Part shown: one piece after another, positions 36,394-41,016 of the stretch
Position numbering within the stretch: the first letter of the stretch is position 1
How the letters are laid out: every line of letters begins with the position of its first letter
Assembly (NCBI GenBank): GCA_032718475.1
Contig: JAUCBJ010003502.1
Span: 1-41,016, forward strand
Origin: Nemertoderma westbladi
Taxonomy: Eukaryota > Animalia > Xenacoelomorpha
DNA: 41,016 bases
Direction: 5' to 3'
Position numbers and translations under genes: made by a program
Notes under the pieces: model-generated
Database searches by the model: none
The model's input: the letters and a program-made list of their open reading frames with translations, nothing else
Told to the model about the DNA's origin: nothing

Positions 36394-36751
36394 GTGAGTA
36401 CCGGTATAGCGGTAAATAGCAGTACAGGACCACAAGAGCAGAAGAGTGCGAGCGATAGGAATCTGAGGTTCTACAGTTCTATGACACTCTGTCAGACACT
36501 CAGTCTCTGTTAGTGCGTGCTGATAGTGAGCCCTATTTTATATTATTTGGTACAAGGGAACTCACTCAAAACATCATGGATCTTTAAACGCGAGAAATAG
36601 TGTGAAGTGAATCAAACGTATAACATAGATCTTCAGTCTGCAGATAGGTTGGCAGGTTGGAGTTGCTACAGTGCTAGCTAGGTGTTCAATTTACGCTAGC
36701 CATCAAAGCTGTGAGTGCAACCGACGTCACAAAGCCCATTATGACCATGGC

Positions 36752-36869
36752 AAAAGTAAAGTAAAGTAAAGTAAAGTAAAGTAAAGTAAAGTAAAGTAAA
36801 GTAAAGTAAAGTAAAGTAAAGTAAAGTAAAGTAAAGTAAAGTAAAGTAAAGTAAAGTAAAGTAAAGTAA
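36752..36869 (+). repeat. (GTAAA)n microsatellite, ~23 copies
   Basis: Perfect pentanucleotide run, read directly. Confidence 0.97.
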
Positions 36870-37679
36870 CGGCGCCCTACATACAAGCTTAGTTAATTTT
36901 TACTATTACAACTAATTCGAAATTCGGCGGGCAAAATGTCGCAGACAAATAATAATTTATTTATTTATTTATTATTTAATCCGGGCTAGCATACAGCCCA
37001 TATCTATAGATTATTATATACAGTAGAATGAATATTATATGCACAAGTAATTTATAGAAAATTGTACAAACGAATACAACAATAATACATAATTGTAGAG
37101 CAGAACGGACCCATTACTACTCATTAATTACCATACCTCAATTGGACCTCCAGACCTCCACGGCCCGGGTTTGTCTTTTTGCCGTATGTGTACGTATTTG
37201 AAATAGTTCCCGTAGCCTACCGTAGGCTACCGTATGTGGGACGTATTTGCCCGTATTCAGGAAGCAGTAGTCAGTGCAATGCAGCACTACTGCACTATGG
37301 CTAAATCTCACGGTACTGTACCTGGCCTATTTATCCATGTTTATAGACCTGTACGTACAGTACAGGTAAATAATACAGCGGCCGGCTGTACTGTTATTAT
37401 TATACAGCTGGCGCTTTGTGGGGTGAGCCACGACGTTGCCGGAGCCTTAGTGAACTGACAATGTTAGGGGTGGGAAAATAATGGCAAATAGTTGTTGACG
37501 CCGCGACGTAGTCTTCGTTACGATTTGACATGCTAATAACTTTGTCGGATTTAACGCTGTGTCGTGTTGAAAATTTGTTGGCATTATTACAGGAACAACA
37601 GGTGAGATTTTTTAAAAACTTTAAGAAACCCAGTTCATCAGTCTCCAACATGTCTAAACATTAAATTTCCTCCAATTTC

Positions 37680-38345
37680 TTTGCTTTTAATCCGTTCAAG
37701 CTGAAACTTGGCAGATATGTACTAGACCATTAGCTGTGGCATTCAAAGGGGGCTAACCAGTCTATAGTTCTCTTGTCTTCCACTAGAGAGCGAAATGCCT
37801 GAAAGTGAAATTATTGACCCATTCCGTTATTTATGATCCATAAAAGCTGAAAGTTGTCAGATATGTGCTAGAACACATCCTGTATCTTTGTGGTCTCTGT
37901 AATCGGTCAGTCTGCAGTTTTCCAGTATGTCGCTACAACTCGCTAGAGGGCGAAATTTATGAAAGTATTAACCTTCCAATTCCATTGATCTTAATAATCT
38001 GTTTAAACCTGAATCTTGGCAAATATGTACCAGACCACATGATTCGTCTGTGTGAAGAATTTGATCGGTTCTCAGTTCTCCAGTTTGCCTCTAGAGGTTG
38101 AAATGTCTGAAAGTGAAAACTTTCTCTCATTAGGTTATTTATTATCCATTCAAGCTGATACTTGGCAGACATGCTAGACCGTAGACCATACATAGGTAGT
38201 ATCTTTGTTGGGATGGTATTCTCTCGGCAGTTCTCCAGTCTACCGCTAGTGGGCTGAAATTAAACATTTTAGATATGTGTGAAATTAAAACGTCAGCCCT
38301 TTCTTATTATTGTTTATAATCATTTTCCTGATACCTGGCACATAG
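37680..38345. repeat. Degenerate ~145-170-bp tandem subrepeats, probably the interior of a non-autonomous element
   Basis: Variants of gctgaaacttggcagatatgtactagacca recur at ~37700, 37846, 38009, 38154 and 38328, most followed by a ctaga-containing motif and then tgaaa. Confidence 0.7.
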
Positions 38346-38353
38346 GTCACACC

Positions 38354-38625
38354 TTGGTGTAGTGGTTGCATAGAATTCACATCTCTAGTAGGTCGTGGGT
38401 ACAATCCACGCATGGGCCAGGGCAGTTTTTGTTTCGGTACGAATGCTTAAAAGGGACCAGCCAGGGCGCATCTCTGCCTTGCATCCTTAAATGAGTACTG
38501 AAGTTTACTCTGGGGAGTAAAGTTCTGGGGGACCGCACTGGAAATAAGTCGCCAGACTTTGTGCGTAATCCCTGACCTAATAGTCGAAGAAAATGTAGGC
38601 CTGCTTTTTTACTTTTACATTTACA
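38354..38625 (+). mobile_element. tRNA-derived SINE, copy 2 (with A box)
   Basis: A-box tggtgtagtgg, degenerate B-box gggtacaatcc, body homologous to 34453-34717, ttttacttttacatttac tail. Confidence 0.8.
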
Positions 38626-39287
38626 TATATTCTAGACCTCTTATTACATTTATATATATTCTAGACCTCAGACTGAGTTTTTGTGAAGTCTTAAATCGAT
38701 TGCAATTACTCAGTCAACCTCTATGTGTTATTGTGACTAGGTGACATGTTTACATTTTGCAAATATTTCTTTCGAGTTGACACTTAACATAATTTCATAT
38801 CACGTGCTGCGCGAAAGCCCCTCTTTGTGTTATACTAGATTTACTTGAATGTACGTATGTACTAACTATACTGTAGTTATTTAAAAAGCCAGTAGGCCTA
38901 CATGCGCGAAGTATACCTACAGTATCATACCTTTTTATAAAACAATAATGAATATTGCCCCTACGGTTATTTTGATATTATTCACATTCCTATTTTATCA
39001 ATAACAATCAGTTGAATTATTTTATTTATTAATTACCGAAACTTCAACACGCGATTTTTAAGTATAACATAACTACAGTAAATATCATTATTTGTCGTAT
39101 TTGTATTTAAAAAGAACATACAACACCTTAGTGTTAGAAACTAAATCGTCCTTTATCGTCTGCTCGTTGATTACACTGGAGGGGCAATTCAACTTTCAGC
39201 CATCAACGAACAGTATAATAATTATTATGATTATTTCATAATAATTTTTATCATCATATTGCATAATGTATATCCGTAATCGTAATG

Positions 39288-39320
39288 TCCGAGTTCGCTC
39301 GACTTAGTAGTAGTAGTAGT
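39288..39320 (+). mobile_element. Extreme 3' remnant of the same RTE-like LINE with (TAG)n tail
   Basis: tccgagttcgctcgac is identical to 27523-27538 and is followed by ttagtagtagtagtagt. Confidence 0.7.
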
Positions 39321-39559
39321 ATTTCCTAATAAATGAAGCATGTCATTGTTTCATTGCAAAATTAATGAAATTAAAAATATATGTGGCATGTCAAGTATAA
39401 ACGTATAGTATCAGAAAACGAATTTAAGGTCGATTCTCGAAGATAATTTTTAGGGCTATCTAGTGGTATATAACACTAATCTTCTATCGTTTTCCATTTT
39501 GGAATAATTTTACGAAAACTAAAGGGTAATCGCTCATAATTTATTCAAAACGAGTTCAG

Positions 39560-40075
39560 AGTTCAAAACGACACCAGGCATCCATTCATATTTCTGTCTC
39601 TCTGTCTGTCAAACATTAAGAAAGAATACAGGCTAACTAAAATTCTCGCTATAGAGGTTTTTGTGTTCCTGATTTCAATTAAGATGTCAGTTTTCACATT
39701 TCTCGTAATGTAGACTGTCTGTTCTTTTGTCTGTCTGTCCGTCTTTTTGTCAGACTGTCTGTCAAACATTAAAAAAGCATACTAACTAAAATTCTCTCTA
39801 AAAAGGTTTTCCGGGTTCGTGATTTAATTTCTGATGTCAGTTTTCACAATTCATGGAATCTATACAGCCTGTCCGTCTGTCTATCTGTCCGTCTATTTGT
39901 CAGACTGTCCGTCAAACATTAATAAAACGTACTAACTAACTAAAATTCTCGCTATGGGGGTTTCTCGGGTTTGTGATTTCATTTCTGATGTCAGTTTTCA
40001 CATTTCACGAAATCTAGACTGTCTGTCCGCCTGTCTCACTGTCCGCCATTTTGCCAATCCGTCGGTCATTAGATA
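39560..40075. repeat. Three degenerate ~150-bp subrepeats with (CTGT/CCGT)n microsatellite; resembles DINE-1/HINE-type (Helentron-associated) non-autonomous elements
   Basis: gtcaaacattaa...ctaactaaaattctc...gatgtcagttttcaca...ctgtc recurs at ~39608, 39761 and 39911. The family assignment is inference. Confidence 0.6.
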
Positions 40076-40470
40076 TTTGCGAACAAAGGATTGCGTCTAC
40101 GTGGTTTAAATTTTAATTTTCGGATTCCTCGTAAAAGTTTGAGTCAGAAATTGTCGAACTAGCCCATAGGGTGTTGCAAGAATAAAAATAAACATATCAT
40201 AAAACCTTAAATGCGTTTTTCTCTGGACGCCTTTTTTTGATACTATACGTTTCTACTTGACACGCCACATATTTTGGTTTCGGTGACTCGCAACTAGAAG
40301 CACCGATTTTTCAACACCAAAACAAAGAAATGGTCCCCTAATCCAATCTTTACCGAAATAAAAAACAAACCCTCTAAAAATAAATTTCCCCAAATTAAAT
40401 GCATATTCCCCCAAACTATATACACACTTAAAACCAAATATAACGTTAGAATTTATTAAATGGCATTTAA

Positions 40471-40965
40471 GGGGGGGGGGGGGGGGGGGGGGGGGTTACA
40501 CCATTTTGGTCCAAAATATGTCGAAATTGTTTTAAGTTAAATTTGTTTAAAGTATCAGACAACTTTTCGAAATTTTTTGTTAATAAAATTTAATACTATT
40601 TATAAAAAACCTAAAAATTAGCATAAATTTGCAGCACCACCTAGCGGTGCAGAATTATTTTAATAAAATTTTGCCTAATAGTTATGTTGCCCCATCTTTG
40701 ATCTATCATATAAAAAAACTTTCATGTGATTAGGTTCAAAACTGTAAAAGCCTTAGGGTTTTAAGCGCAACCAAGTTTTTTTTTTATTGTTAACTAGTAT
40801 TAACTAATATTAAATAGTGAAAATTTTTTTTCTGACCCTGTCATGTAGAATAGCATCTTAGGCACCTATAGGCCAAATTTTAGCCAAAACCAAACAATTT
40901 TGAAACGCTGAGAGTTCGATGAGTTGTCCGAAAATGTTGTCCCCCCCCCCCCCCCCTTCCCCCCC
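40471..40965. mobile_element. Non-autonomous DNA transposon (MITE), Kolobok-like, TTAA target duplication
   Basis: ttaa (40467-40470), G25, acaccattttggtccaa ... ttgtccgaaaatgttgt, C-run, ttaa (40966-40969). Imperfect inverted termini starting with purines, as in Kolobok rather than piggyBac. Confidence 0.7.
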
Positions 40966-41016
40966 TTAAACAAAACGCAAATTCATCCGGCTCTGTGAAA
41001 AGACTGTGAACAACTT

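Noticed and set aside
36394-36435. N-terminal extension of the BBLN ORF in the track
   Set aside because: It starts at TTG; the first ATG is at 36393.
36686-36886. YFTLL-repeat ORF
   Set aside because: Translation of the (GTAAA)n microsatellite.
37234-39769. Short ORFs as missing DOCK exons or new genes
   Set aside because: No DHR-2-like peptide or other recognisable family; several overlap degenerate repeats.

Overview
Eukaryotic (animal-like, AT-rich) genomic DNA. The + strand carries 11 consecutive internal coding exons of a DOCK-C family (DOCK6/7/8, DOCK7-like) Rac/Cdc42 GEF gene. They splice in one frame with GT-AG boundaries from 1856 to 29985 and reach the start of the DHR-2 domain; neither end of the gene is in the window. 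More than half of the window (~23.5 kb) is three large intronic minisatellites with 49-bp, ~55-bp and 30/26-bp units. Each is built from, or closely resembles, the adjacent exon-intron junction of this gene, so one acceptor and two donors are flanked by roughly 120-230 decoy copies. The last, unclosed intron holds two intronless antisense genes, bublin/C9orf16 (BBLN) and CNEP1R1/TMEM188, only 126 bp apart. An AATAAA and an unpaired 3' acceptor lie between them, an operon-like (trans-splicing) arrangement. Decayed LINEs (L2/CR1-group-like, CRE-like, RTE-like), tRNA-derived SINEs, a TTAA-flanked Kolobok-like MITE and degenerate tandem elements fill the remaining introns.
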